Source: Eledone cirrhosa
Lineage: Eukaryota
Assembly (NCBI GenBank): GCA_964016885.1
Contig: OZ024756.1
Coordinates: 35,898,001-35,962,000 of the forward strand
Reading direction: 5' to 3'
DNA length: 64,000 bases
The first letter of the stretch is position 1; every line of letters begins with the position of its first letter. This document shows, in pieces, positions 23,372 to 36,748 of the stretch. Both the position numbers and the translations under genes were made by a program. The notes beneath the pieces are model-generated. The model saw nothing but the letters and a program-made list of their open reading frames with translations, made no database searches and was not told where the DNA came from.

Positions 23372-25159
23372 TTTGTGCATGAGCTGTATACAAATTGCTT
23401 ACAGAGGAATTTTATTAATCTACCAGGCAGATCTTTGATCCAACCGCGACCATCTCGAACGATTTCCTCGTTAGCTCCTCCTGCAATATTATAGATAATG
23501 CGTGTGTATGTGTGTATTAGATAGGAGTTAAAACTCCTTCCTTTAGGTTTCAGATAGCTTGCCTGATATGGAGGTGACTGTAGACACCACTTGTGTGTTT
23601 ATATATCAGTGGTTAGCAATCTTTTTACTATCAATTTCTTATATTTAAATCAGTTTTTTTTTTTTCACGGAGTCCCTGCTACATTTTTTTCCCGTCCCAG
23701 ATACAGTGGTAATAGTAACCGAAAGTGAGAAATGTTTATACTTAAAGCAGAAAGGATACCTAATAGTGTGTTTACATTATCTTCTTAACAAAGTACTTGA
23801 AATTTTGAACTCATAGATCACAGACCCCTATTTTAACCTATACGGACGGACCCAACCTACAGGCTGGGAACTGCGACCCTTCCCTCTCTGACCTCCATCA
23901 CAAACCGGTAATGTGTGTATATATATTTATATCCGTATATATATATATATAAGTAACCACACAGCTCCCTGTTTCTCCCCAAATATATATATATATGTGT
24001 GTGTGTGTGTATTCATAGAATTGAGGTGACCGAGACTTGAGCCATAATAAAAATTATTAAACTCTATTTCGGTATTGAGTACTTCTCAATTTTGCCAACG
24101 TCACACGGATATTTATATATATAATGTGTATATGTATGTATATTATATATGTTTATAACTGGATTAGTGAGAGAAGGAAGGGCCGCGCGTTTGATACTTT
24201 ATTTTTCCAGAGCCTGCAAGACTGTTAAGAGGAAGTGATGGTGTATCCCAATACTGGAGACTTGACCCAGATACTTGCAATAGAGTTGAACTTCACTGAA
24301 AGCACTCAAAGACCAGGTGGCGGTGTTAAGCCGGGTCGCAAGATTTACTCTATCATCTACCACCAAAGCACTTAAAATTAAAAAGAAGAAAAAATAATCC
24401 TGGAACAAACACTGCAAGGCACCTTCTTATCTAACTCCTCGCTATACAAATTCCTACAATCCGCGCACACGCACATACACACACATACACACGCATAGAC
24501 ATACACACGCATACGTACACACCCACCCAGTTATTTGCAGTATTAGTAGTGTCAGACACCATGCTTCGTAGCATTAGAGTTACGGCCCTTTGCGTTCGAA
24601 TTCAAATCCTGCCGAGGTTAGCTTGGCTGTTCAGCCTTACGAGCTCGATAAAATAAATACCAGTAATGCACTGGTATCAATTTAATCGACTTTTCCCTTC
24701 CCTTCAAATTGCTGGCCTTGTGCCTAAAGTAGAAACAATTATTTCTGGTGACTACTCTTTTCTTCGAAGTTTCGCCGACGCTGTTTGATGTTTGATTGCT
24801 AAACCAATAAGGACGGCAAAACTTGGAAGTAAAGAGTCATATTATTAATAACTATTATATCGACTCTGTATTCATCACATATGAATTCTTAATTCGGTGC
24901 ATGTTTGGTATTGTCGATCACACAACCGAAACCTGCTGCAAAGGACTGGAGAAAAATTTAAAAAAAGATGTATTTTTAATATTAAAAAAAAAACGATAAT
25001 TTTAAACACAATCGTCTTTAAGCACATGTCTAAAATGAAATCTGTTTCTCATGCGCGCACACACTCACATACACATACATTCATACGCATATACATACAC
25101 ACATAGATACATACATGCATACACACATAATACACACACATACATACAAATATATACAT

Positions 25160-25224
<65 letters not shown>

Positions 25225-28200
25225 TACATACACAGACCGCTACTGCTATAGTCAATTAATTGACCTTTACCGAGGTAAGGAGTAATCCATTAATGTAATG
25301 ATCAGATAAAATTGACTTCAGAGAATCGAGATGTTGAGAAATAACTGACCGATAGTCAAGTTGATGGTGGCGGTAGTCATTGGCAACGTGCGTCAACTAC
25401 CTTTAGTATATAATAATTGTTTCTACTTTTGGCACAAGACCAGCAATTATTTTAGTGTACCACTGGTACTTTATTTTATTCGACCCCGTAAGGATGAAAG
25501 GCAAAGTTAACCACGGCGAGATTTGAACTCAGACCATAAAAGGCCGTAACTCTTTGCTGGAAAGCATGGCGTGCGACCCTCTACCGATACTGCCAATCCA
25601 CCGCCCTATACCGATATATTAATATTTGGGTGTGTCCATTACCTGTTATATATGTGTGTGTGTGTGTGTGTGTGTATTTGTGTGCGCGTGTATATGTGTG
25701 TATTTGTGTGCGCGTGTGTATGTGTGTATATTGATTTACGTAGCGAAGATGACTGTATTATGACAGTGTTGTGATCCATTGTTGAACACAGATATTGGTA
25801 CATTTGATGTATGGCATTAGTTCACATAGCACTTCATACTCTCTCACCCCACTACCTCCTCCTCCCCCTTTCGGCCTTCCTCACTTAGCCCTTCCCTTTA
25901 AAAAGCTAGTCCTAATTACAACACCTCTCATTTACTCTCTATGTTTTCCTCATGCTGGACTGAAAGGAAAGTGCCCCAAACATCATATAACTAACTGTGC
26001 AATGGAACCAGTGGCACTCAACTTTGCAGTGAAGGTACAAAGAACTGCATTTGGGTGTTTACTTGGTTACGAAGAGAAAGACATGTACCTAGGGAATTCC
26101 AGAGGGTTGCCACTCAGAGAAGTAAAGAATGAAAGGGTTAAAGTGTTTTGTTTTATCTAAAAACATGTAAGAACCTTTAACTTATATTTTACTGAATCCC
26201 TCCTAATTTCTCATTCTTTTCAAAATTAACTGAACCATATACACATAGTAATTTTTATTAGAAATATGGTAATGAAAACCTTAAAGTCTCATTTTTTAAA
26301 ACCAAGTTCTTTAGAACCAACATAAATACTTGTCTATGATTTTGAAATAATTTTGAAAACAATAACAAATTTAGAGGAATTTAGTAAAATAACTTTCTCA
26401 TTGGTTGGTATTTGGAACATAAAGAATTATGGAAAGTTTTTAGATAAAACAAACAGTTTTGTATTATAAAATTAGATGCCGTTTCAAAGGGTTTGGTACC
26501 AAAAGGGTTAATTCTGAAGTGTCAAATGAATGTGAGATCTAAATCTCCTGGCTACAGAAGTAGTCTATTGTAAGTAACATTCCCTAAAAGATCTGCTAAT
26601 TATATTCTGAGTAATGTGTAATTTAATGTTTGGCTCCAGTGATTTTAACTGGAGCATCACCTAGGGCAGGATGTGAACTCACATGCCAAGAGTTACTGTG
26701 GTATTAACTTAATGTAACCCAGTCAGCCATGTCATTTCTTGTCGTTAGTCATTACAAGTAAGAGGTAGTTATGTATGTGTGTTGTGTTTATCGTAATAGG
26801 ACATTAACTGAAACAAAAATTATTTTAGAGAAAGAATTTAGTCAGATAATATATATATGAAACTGTCCTAGTCCTGCAGAAGTCTATATAAAATAAATAC
26901 ACCTATACTCTACCAACATATTGGATACCTTTTTAAATGTGGGGTCACCTCTCGATCCTCATTAGGAATCCACCCATAATTCTATATATACATATGGTAT
27001 GGTATGAACCTGTAACTCCTGAGGAGTTGTAGGGATGCCATATTGACATACAGCATTTCTAGGGCACTTTTAAAACTGGCAGAGCCCATCTCTTCTCCAG
27101 GGCTGAATACAGCAGATTTTTTACAGAGAAATATAGAAAGTGAGAGAGAGGAAGAATCCACCCCAGTACTAGACTGGTACTTTTTTTTTTATCGACCTCG
27201 AAAGGATGAAAGGCAAAGTTAACCTCGGCAGGATTTGAACTCAGAGAGCAGAAACAAATACTACAAAGCATTCTGTCCTAACGACTCTGCCAATTTGCAG
27301 CCTTATGTAATATATATATATATATATATATAAACAAAAACTTGTTTATATATATATATAAACAATTTTGAATGAGTTAATAATACAACAGTATACATGA
27401 CCAAGAAAGTTGAAAACTCAATATGGTTTTATAGTACACAACATGAGGGGTAATAAACAGTCCAAAGTCTAATCACAATAGTGTTATTATTTCATAGTCT
27501 GTATGCAATTATTCTTATGTACGACATGATAATGCAGCACCTCGTTGATGTATATAGATGTGTTGGTTATGACCTACGCGGCATGTACATACTTATTTCA
27601 GCATGATCGATTGAGTCAGTTGTGAGTTATTGTTGTTTATGTACAGATGTGTTTCAATAATTTACATTATCAAACCCTGAGTATTTGCTCATAGTACATG
27701 CCTGATGTTTGTGTGTATCTAATAATGAAATAAAAGTCATTCTTAGAAGAATAACTCATCAGAGTCCAATTGAATTCAGATAATTTACCTTATGTGTTTT
27801 AATATATCAGTGTGAGATACATATTTTTCTTGATACTTTATAGTGTGTAGTGGGTGCATTTGTTCTTGGTACCAACACTAGAGAGGTTGTCACATGCTAA
27901 GCCAGATTGAAGAGTCCTCGCAAATACTGCATCCTTCAAAACTTCCATGCTTCTCAAAATTTGCCAACACTACACCTGATATACCGCCTCCATACAGATG
28001 CATGCATGTGTCTATATCATGATTCATACACTGTTCACTTTCCTGACATTTGTACAATATTCTATGTACTATACATGCACCTTTGATAAGTTGTAGTGCA
28101 CCTGAGCACTCTACACAATAATTTTCATTATCATTATCATTGTCTGTTTGATTGCCAAACACTAGCTTCTGGTTTACTACATAAACTTTTGTAAAGTTTT

Positions 28201-28699
28201 ATTAAATTTTATTGAGTCACCATATCTCACACAAAAACAACACACTTTAGGAACTGCTAGTGTGTGATATTGCGGTGTACACCTAAAAGTAGAGGGTATA
28301 CATATGGAGGAATTGGGTAGGGGGGAGTTATGGAGGAACTAGGCTGGTTTATAGAAGAACCTGAGAGGGGTTTATGGGGGAACTGGAGCAGGGAATTATG
28401 GGAGAGTTGAAGAAATGTCCAGATGTAGAGAAAAATATTTTCTATTTTCTGATGATCTTGGTTTATTAAAAGATATTTCATATTAATTTGGAAATATTAA
28501 GTTGTTTTTGTTTTGGGCGTGTTATTGTTGTTGTTGGTAGTGATAGTATTGATGGTGTGGTGGTGGTGTGTCAGTTGGGATATTATCATTAATGGTGGTA
28601 GTGCTGTGGTGGTAGTGAAGTTGTCTCTGGTGCTGCTGCTGTTGTTTTAGGTGGTAGTGGTGTTGTTATTGGTGGTGTGGTAGTAGTATTATTGGTGGT

Positions 28700-29695
28700 G
28701 TGGTGGTGTTGACATTGGTGGTAGCGGTGTTGACATTGGTGTGGTGTTGTTGACATTGGTGGTAGTGGTGTTGTTGACATTGGTGGTAGTGGTGTTGTTG
28801 ACATTGGTGGTAGTGGTGTTGTTGACATTGGTGGTAGTGGTGTTGACATTGGTGGTAGTGGTATTGTTGACATTGGTGGTAGTGGTGTTGACATTGGTGG
28901 TAGTAGTGGTGTTGACATTGGCGGTAGTGGTGTTGACATTGGTGGTGGTGGTGTTGACATTGGTGGTAGCGGTGTTGTTGATATTGGTGGTAGCGGTGTT
29001 GACATTGGTGGTAGTGGTGTTGTTGACATTGGTGGTAGTAGTGGTATTGTTGACATTGGTGGTAGTGGTGTTGTTGACATTGGTGGTGGTGGTAGTGGTG
29101 TTGTTGACATTGGTGGTGGTAGTGGCGTTGACATTGGTGGTAGTGGTGTTGACATTGGTGGTGGTGGTGTTGACATTGGTGGTAGCGGTGTTGTTGACAT
29201 TGGTGGTAGTGGTGTTGTTGACATTGGTGGTAGTAGTGGTATTGTTGACATTGGTGGTGGTGGTAGTGGTGTTGTTGACATTGGTGGTGGTGGTAGTGGT
29301 GCTGTTGACATTGGTGGTGGTAGTGGTGTTGACATTGGTGGTAGTGGTGTTGACATTGGTGGTGGTGGTGTTGACATTGGTGGTAGCGGTGTTGTTGACA
29401 TTGGTGGTAGCGGTGTTGTTGACATTGGTGGTGGTGGTGTTGTTGACATTGGTGGTGGTGGTGTTGTTGACATTGGTGGTGGTAGTGGTGTTGTTGACAT
29501 TGGTGGTGGTGGTGTTGTTGACATTGGTGGTGGTAGTGGTGTTGTTGACATTGGTGGTGGTAGTGGTGTTGTTGACATTGGTGGTGGTGGTAGTGGTGTT
29601 GTTGACATTGGTGGTGGTAGTGGTGTTGACATTGGTGGTAGTGGTGTTGACATCGGTGGTGGTGGTGTTGACATTGGTGGTGGTGGTGGTGTTGT
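28700..29695. repeat. GTTGACATT(GGT)n minisatellite, 21-33 bp variable units
   Basis: More than 35 copies, all multiples of 3, producing the MSTTPLPPP / LLTLVVVV ORFs. Confidence 0.9.
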
Positions 29696-29845
29696 TTAAT
29701 GGTGTTGATTCTGATGAGATGATGTTCTACGGAGTTTTAATTAGAGAAATATGTTTTCAATTATTGTCTGCCTGATATAAAGATCCCAATTTGGAGAGAC
29801 AACAGCTGTCATTAGTGGCATTTCCTGTCTATATATCTGTCTATG

Positions 29846-29927
<82 letters not shown>

Positions 29928-30040
29928 TAATAATTATGAAGACTAAATTCCCATAATAGGATGAAAGCAGAAATTCTTTGCTTAAACTTTAATCTATACT
30001 ACTAATATATATATGTATATATATATGTGTGTGTGTGTAT

Positions 30041-30174
30041 CCGGGTTCAATCCACAGTAAGTAAGGTACTCAATACATAGCAGAGTATAAATATTTAATA
30101 TAGAAACGGCCTCTACAAGACTAGAACTGTTTCATTCGGAGGAAATCATCAGGAAAGCCCTTTCCTGATGATTT
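30041..30174 (-). mobile_element. Short Penelope-like terminal element with type I hammerhead core and terminal fold-back (family B)
   Basis: Minus strand GGGCTTTC CTGATGA TTTC CTCC GAAT GAAA CAG TTCTAGTC TTG TA GAGGCC (30160-30108). Perfect 15-bp inverted repeat 30143-30157/30160-30174, GTATTGAGTAC tail motif, flanked by (TG)n. Confidence 0.6.
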
Positions 30175-31153
30175 GTGTGTGTGGAAGTCTGTGTTGTGTG
30201 TGTGTGGGAGTCTGTGTTGTATGTGTGTGGGAGTCTGTGTTGTATGTGTGTGGGAGTCTGTGTTGTGTGTGGGAGTCTGTGTGTGTGGGAGTCTGTGTGT
30301 GTGGGAGTCTGTGTTGTGTGTGTGTGTGGGAGTCTATGTTGTGTGTGTGTGGGAGTCTGTGTGTGTGGGGAGACTCGTGTGAGTGGGAGGTTCTGTTGTA
30401 TGTGGGGAAGACTGTTATGTTGTGAGTGGGAGCGAGGACTTGTGTGTGTGTGTGTGGGGGGGGGGGGGCTGACTTGTGTGTGTGTGTGTGGGGGGGGCTT
30501 TGTATAGGTGTGTGTGGTTGTGAGTGGGAGGGTGTGTTAGTTGACAGAGGCAGAGAGGGGGACAGATTAAGGTTTACTTGACTGTTATCTTGGAGATAGT
30601 AGGGGGCTGATAAAACCCCTAAAGAAACAGGAGCATATTTCAAATGATGAGGATTATATATATATATTGCATGAGTGTGTATGTGTATGTATATATGTGT
30701 ATATATATATTTATATATACACACACACATAGATACATATGTATATATCTGATGTTTGTAAGGCATTATTTAAATGGTCCCATTAAAAAAAAGATAAATT
30801 TAAGGACATACACACAGACATATATATATATATATATATGTATTTGTTTATGTGTGTATATATATATATTTGTTTATGTATGTGTATATATATATGTGTG
30901 TGGTGTGTGTGTGTATTTATGTACATCTGCATACATGTGTGTGGGTGTTGAATTCTTTCTAGATTAGAGAAAGTATATATGCGTATGTATGTATGTATGT
31001 GTATATATATGCATATATATATATATAAAATATATATATATATGTGTAGAGGTTATATTTAATTTGTTGGGATACTATCCAGGAGATTCCAACCAGAATG
31101 GTTACATTTTTTAAGGGTATGTCAATATTTATTTTTAAAACTAACCTATATTA

Positions 31154-31219
31154 TATTTTATCTGATGAAAGTGCACCATAGTTTGCTCTGGTGGCCCTTG
31201 AAATATGTATAATGAAATA
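31154..31219 (+). ncRNA. Type I hammerhead ribozyme motif (minimal stem III)
   Basis: Stem I TATTTTAT / CTGATGA / stem II AAGTGCACCA..TGGTGGCCCTT / GAAA / TATGTA / TA / stem I' ATGAAATA. Predicted cleavage after 31211. Confidence 0.75.
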
Positions 31220-31899
31220 AATATGGTTTTATAATTATAGTTTCCCTTTGTTAATATATTGTATATATATATATATAATACTATAGAAAGACTAATATCC
31301 ACATTACAGGAGGAGGTGGTGGCGGTGAGGGATATGTAGTCCTTAGCTGTGAGGTCCCTAGCTACACTGTTTCCTTTACCCCCCCCCCCCCCCTCTCTCA
31401 TGAATGTCTAAATTGATTTCGGGGGGTCTGATGAGCTAAGAGAAACCTTTGCTACCCCATCTAGCTGATATAGTTTAGTATGGTGAGGGATGGTAAACTT
31501 TCTTTGAGATTTTTTATCTCTTGCCACCCCAGCTCCTTTCATCTTCTTTTACTCTTTTGATACCAACCTGCCTAAACCCAAGGAGTTCCTCTTTAAATCT
31601 TCCAACATAATTCAGTCAGAAGAACTGTTTTTCTGACAAAAGTCATCTTAACCTTTTAGCGTTTACATTACTCTATATTTACTATTGTATTTACTATTAT
31701 ATTTTCATGGTAAAGACTTTACCTCATGTAATTATCTCACATAGTATCGAATCTATGAGATTTTGATATTATTTATATTGAGAACAACACCTTAACAACA
31801 CTGTATGAGTGGCCGGTTACAGCTGGTTTGAATAGAAAAAGGTTAGAGAATAGTGGCCGAATATGACCGGTTTAAATGCCAAAGGGTTAAGCCAGAAGG

Positions 31900-32168
31900 C
31901 TCATTAGGCCGGTGTTTAGGCCTGGTTTCAGGGTGTGAAGCGACAGAGTACAAGAAGACCCCATTCCCTGGACAGGACACCAGTTCATTGCAGGGTTAAA
32001 CCAAACCTCCAGCTGTTGCTGGTACTCATTTTCAGCTGAGTATACTGGAACAATGTGAAATGAAGTATTTTGCTCAAGAACACAACACACAACCCAGCCC
32101 AGGAATTGAATCGATGATATTATGATCATAAGTCCAACACCCTTACCACTAGGTCACATGCTTCCTCC
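31900..32168 (-). mobile_element. tRNA-headed CORE-type SINE
   Basis: Reverse complement starts gaagcatgtgacctagtggtaagggtgttggac...gattcaattcctggg...ttcttgagcaaaatacttcatttcacattg. Confidence 0.7.
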
Positions 32169-32989
32169 ACCCAGCCAAAACTGCCTTTTCTTCTATGAAA
32201 CAAAGCTATTTTAAAAGGTTTCCTATTGAAACTATAATCTTCAAACATAACTTCATATATAAACAATTTGTTAGAAATATTTCAATAATGGATTAATTCC
32301 AAATTCTTCTGTAATTAATTGGACCCTTTTCTCACATCCAGTAAGTTACTAAAGCCCCCAGCCCCCACCCCTCACGGCATCCCTCACCCCACCATGACGC
32401 CACCCACACCCCACACTCCATCATGACCACACTCCACCCCACCCAATCTTTCTATATAATCTTCTCCCCAGCCCTCTTTCTCACATCCATTGACCAAAGC
32501 CACCACCCTCATCCCACCCCACTGACGACCCCACACCTTGACCCCCACCATCACCCCCACCCAATCTTTCTGTATAATCTTCTCCCCCACCTCCCTTTCT
32601 CACAACCATTGACCAAAGCCACCACCCACACCCATACCACACCCCACCCACCCAGTCTGTCTTTGTAATCTTCTCCCCCACCTCCCTTTCTCACAACCAT
32701 TCAATACAACCACCACCACCACCACCACCACTACTACTCTATCACCACCGCCGCCACCCCATGTACTCCCCCACCCACCTCCTACAACATCCTTTAAGTG
32801 GCCAAAGCCACCACCCTGTCTGAGTACCCCCTCCCTCCTTCCCTCTCATTGACCCCTCCTCCTCCTCCTCCATCTCCAGTGAGTCATTTCCTCTTCAGCA
32901 GATGTGTGTGTGTAACCATGGTTACCAGTGCAGACAGTGCATCACCTTTACAGTGAGCACTGATATCTGCTCACAGGTATAATGCACAT

Positions 32990-33032
<43 letters not shown>

Positions 33033-33096
33033 CACATACACACATATATATATATATATACACACATACACATGTATACACATACACTAAGACATG

Positions 33097-33134
<38 letters not shown>

Positions 33135-33179
33135 CATACATACACATGTATACACATACACTAAGACATGCACACACCG

Positions 33180-33242
<63 letters not shown>

Positions 33243-33377
33243 CACACATACACATGTATACACATACACTAAGACATGCACACACCACCACTCACACACA
33301 CACACACACACTCACACACACATATATATATAAATAATATAAACACACACTCATAGACACCTGCATGGTTCTGTTGA

Positions 33378-34035
33378 TTTTGATAGTGTAGATGGTGATG
33401 GTGGTGGTGTTGATGTTAGTGATGATGATGGTGTTGATAGTGTTGATGATGGTGGTGGTGTTGATGTTAGTGATGATGGTGTTGATAGTGTTGATGATGG
33501 TGGTGGTGTTGATGTTAGTGATGATGGTGTTGATAGTGTTGATGATGGTGGTGGTGTTGATGTTAGTGATGATGGTGTTGATAGTGTTGATGATGGTGGT
33601 GGTGTTGATGTTAGTGATGATGGTGTTGATAGTGTTGATGATGGTGGTGGTGTTGATGTTAGTGATGATGATGATGGTGTTGATAGTGTTGATGATGGTG
33701 GTGGTGATAGTGTTGATGTTAGTGATGATGATGGTGTTGATAGTGATGATGGTGGTGGTGGTTGTGATGATGATGATGATGGTGGTGGTGGTTGTGATGA
33801 TGATGATGGTGTTGGTGATAGTGGTGATAGTGATGATGATGGTGTTGATGATGATGGTGGTGATAGTGATAATGGTGGTGGTGGTTGTGATGATGATGAT
33901 GGTGGTGGTGGTGGTGATAGTGATGATGATGGTGTTGATGATGATGGTGGTGATAGTGATAATGGTGGTTGTGATGGCAATGATGGTGGTGGTGGTTGTG
34001 ATAGTGGTGATGATGATGGTGATGGACACGTGGTG
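33378..34035. repeat. (GAT/GGT) low-complexity array with ~48-bp higher-order unit
   Basis: ggtgttgatgttagtgatgatggtgttgatagtgttgatgatggtggt repeated. Confidence 0.9.
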
Positions 34036-34121
34036 ATAATCACAACTATGATGAAAGTGGTAATAGCTTTGATGCTACTGAATAGTAATGTTGGTGGTTG
34101 GAGTGGTTGTGGTGGTCCTTG

Positions 34122-35170
34122 TGGTGGCAGTGGTTAGACAGGATCTACTGGGTAGATGGTATAGTAGTAGTACTGGTGGTAGTGGTTAGACAGGATCTAC
34201 TGGGTAGATGGTATAGTAGTAGTACTGGTGGTAGTGGTTAGACAGGATCTACTGGGTAGATGGTATAGTAGTAGTACTGGTGGCAGTGGTTAGACAGGAT
34301 CTACTGGGTAGATGGTATAGTAGTAGTACTGGTGGTAGTGGTTAGACAGGATCTACTGGGTAGATGGTATAGTAGTAGTACTGGTGGTAGTGGTTAGACA
34401 GGATCTACTGGGTAGATGGTATAGTAGTAGTACTGGTGGCAGTGGTTAGACAGGATCTACTGGGTAGATGGTATAGTGGTAGTACTGGTGGCAGTGGTTA
34501 GACAGGATCTACTGGGTAGATGGTATAGTAGTAGTACTGGTGGCAGTGGTTAGACAGGATCTACTGGGTAGATGGTATAGTAGTAGTACTGGTGGTAGTG
34601 GTTAGACAGGATCTACTGGGTAGATGGTATAGTAGTAGTACTGGTGGTAGTGGTTAGACAGGATCTACTGGGTAGATGGTATAGTGGTAGTACTGGTGGT
34701 AGTGGTTAGACAGGATCTACTGGGTAGATGGTATAGTAGTAGTACTGGTGGTAGTGGTTAGACAGGATCTACTGGGTAGATGGTATAGTGGTAGTACTGG
34801 TGGTAGTGGTTAGACAGGATCTACTGGGTAGATGGTATAGTGGTAGTACTGGTGGCAGTGGTTAGACAGGATCTACTGGGTAGATGGTATAGTAGTAGTA
34901 CTGGTGGTAGTGGTTAGACAGGATCTACTGGGTAGATGGTATAGTAGTAGTACTGGTGGTAGTGGTTAGACAGGATCTACTGGGTAGATGGTATAGTAGT
35001 AGTACTGGTGGTAGTGGTTAGACAGGATCTACTGGGTAGATGGTATAGTAGTAGTACTGGTGGCAGTGGTTAGACAGGATCTACTGGGTAGATGGTATAG
35101 TGGTAGTACTGGTGGCAGTGGTTAGACAGGATCTACTGGGTAGATGGTATAGTAGTAGTACTGGTGGTAG
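34122..35170. repeat. 52-bp minisatellite, 20 near-identical copies
   Basis: ggatctactg recurs every 52 bp from 34141 to 35129; unit ggtggtagtggttagacaggatctactgggtagatggtatagtagtagtact. Confidence 0.97.
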
Positions 35171-35814
35171 TGATGGTGGTATTGCTGATGGCAGTGGTTA
35201 GAATGGATCTACCCATTCTTCTGTCCACTGGGTAGATGGTATGGTAGTAGTAGTAGTAGTAGTAGTACTGGTGGTGGTGATAGTGGTGGCAGTAGTTAGA
35301 AAAAACTTCAGCCATCATCCTGTTCACCAGGGAAATGGTAGTGGTAGTGGTAGTGGTAGTAATAATAATTGTTTCTACTTTTGGCACAAGGCCAGCAATT
35401 ACCCCAGTGCATTACTGGTACTTTATTTTATCGACCCTGTAAGGATGAAAGGATAATAATGGTGTAGGTGATAGTATTGATGGTGGTTCCAATGAGGAAG
35501 TGATTATGATGGTGGTGGCAGCGGTAGTGGTTAGAAACATCCCAACCATTATCCTGTTCACCAGATAGATGGTATAGTGGTGGTGGTGGTAGTAGTAATA
35601 TTAGTAGTAGTAGTAGTAGTTGTAGTAGTGGTAGTGGTCCCAACCATCCTGTTCACCAGGTAGGTGGTATGATTCAGACTTTTGCTGATCTGATCTGATG
35701 TTGTGTTGTGTGGAACTTTATTGGTTTATAATCAATAGTGATCTCTTCAGTCTCCCATATCCTCTCCTTACACCCCCCTCCAAAGTCATGCTCTTCAGTT
35801 CCACCATCTCACTT

Positions 35815-36056
35815 TCACTCCACCACCACTACCCCCCTCATACTCCTTAGTGCCACTCCACCACTACTACCCCCTCATACTCCTTAGTTCCACTCCACCA
35901 CCACTACCCCCCTCATACTCCTTAGTGCCACTCCACCACTACTACCCCCTCATACTCCTTAGTTCCACTCCACCACTACTACCCCCTCATACTCCTTAGT
36001 TCCACCCCACCACCACTACCCCCTCATACTCCTTAGTTCCACCCCACCACCACTAC
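35815..36056. repeat. ~37-40 bp tandem repeat, ~6 copies
   Basis: ccactccaccactactaccccctcatactccttagt units. Confidence 0.85.
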
Positions 36057-36579
36057 CATGCTATAGATGGGATGAATTAGAAGTTGATTGACAAGTTCAA
36101 TCAATAGTCCCCTACCTACTATGGAGTTGCCCATGTAAATTCTGAATATAGAAAGCTGGAACACATGCCACAAGGTATTATGTGCTCTGCTCTACTGATT
36201 CAATCAACTATGTGACTGTCCTGTTATTGTTCTGGTCATATGACTAACACATGTGGTCTCTGTTTTATTGTTTAACCTTTTCATGGCCATATTTTCAGTG
36301 AAATACACTGTTTCAAATTTGAAAACAGCGAAGCCATACTACAGATAACTATAATAATATTTGAACAAATTGGGTATGGAATGGAAGAATGTTGACAAAG
36401 GGTGTCTGTCCACTTTTTTCCATCTCCAGGGGTACTTTAACACAATTTTATTCCATCACAATCTGCTGTGTGGCTATTATATTTTCTAATTTCAAATCAA
36501 CTATTTCTGTTTACACTATTTCAATTAATTAATGAAAAATTTTGGAGGATTTACTAAAATTTTATTTCATTACTTAAGA

Positions 36580-36748
36580 TACACGGCCCCTGTCTGCCAT
36601 GATCTGCGATCGGTGGTTCCTGCTCTGGCGAGAATCGGCCTTGAGGTCAACTTGTCCAAGTTGGAGGTGGTGAATGTCAACCACGATGCAGACGGCTTTA
36701 CAGCCTCCGTCTCGGGCGTGTGATCCATTTTCCACCAGGTGCAGGTGA
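36580..36748 (+). mobile_element. GC-rich non-LTR reverse-transcriptase fragment (CRE-like)
   Basis: VCHDLRSVVPALARIGLEVNLSKLEVV resembles the GL.vN..K.E motif after the RT YxDD box; sharp GC contrast with the flanks. Confidence 0.55.

Noticed and set aside
27734-27765. Minus-strand CTGATGA followed by a perfect 8-9 bp stem (GTTATTCTT/AAGAATGAC)
   Set aside because: No GAAA, stem III or stem I follows; at most a truncated hammerhead relic.
28589-29775. 361-aa proline-rich and 344-aa valine-rich ORFs (extensin/mucin-like)
   Set aside because: Both strands are open only because the minisatellite units are multiples of 3; there is no signal peptide, unique domain or splice context.
31421-31458. 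GGGGT CTGATGA GCTAAGA GAAAC CTTTG CT ACCCC as a hammerhead
   Set aside because: Stem II does not pair and the conserved U16.1 is C; could be chance.
32913-32926. Palindrome GTAACCATGGTTAC (and GTTACCACGGCAAT near 14962) as RFX X-boxes
   Set aside because: Both deviate from the consensus and no promoter can be placed nearby from sequence alone.
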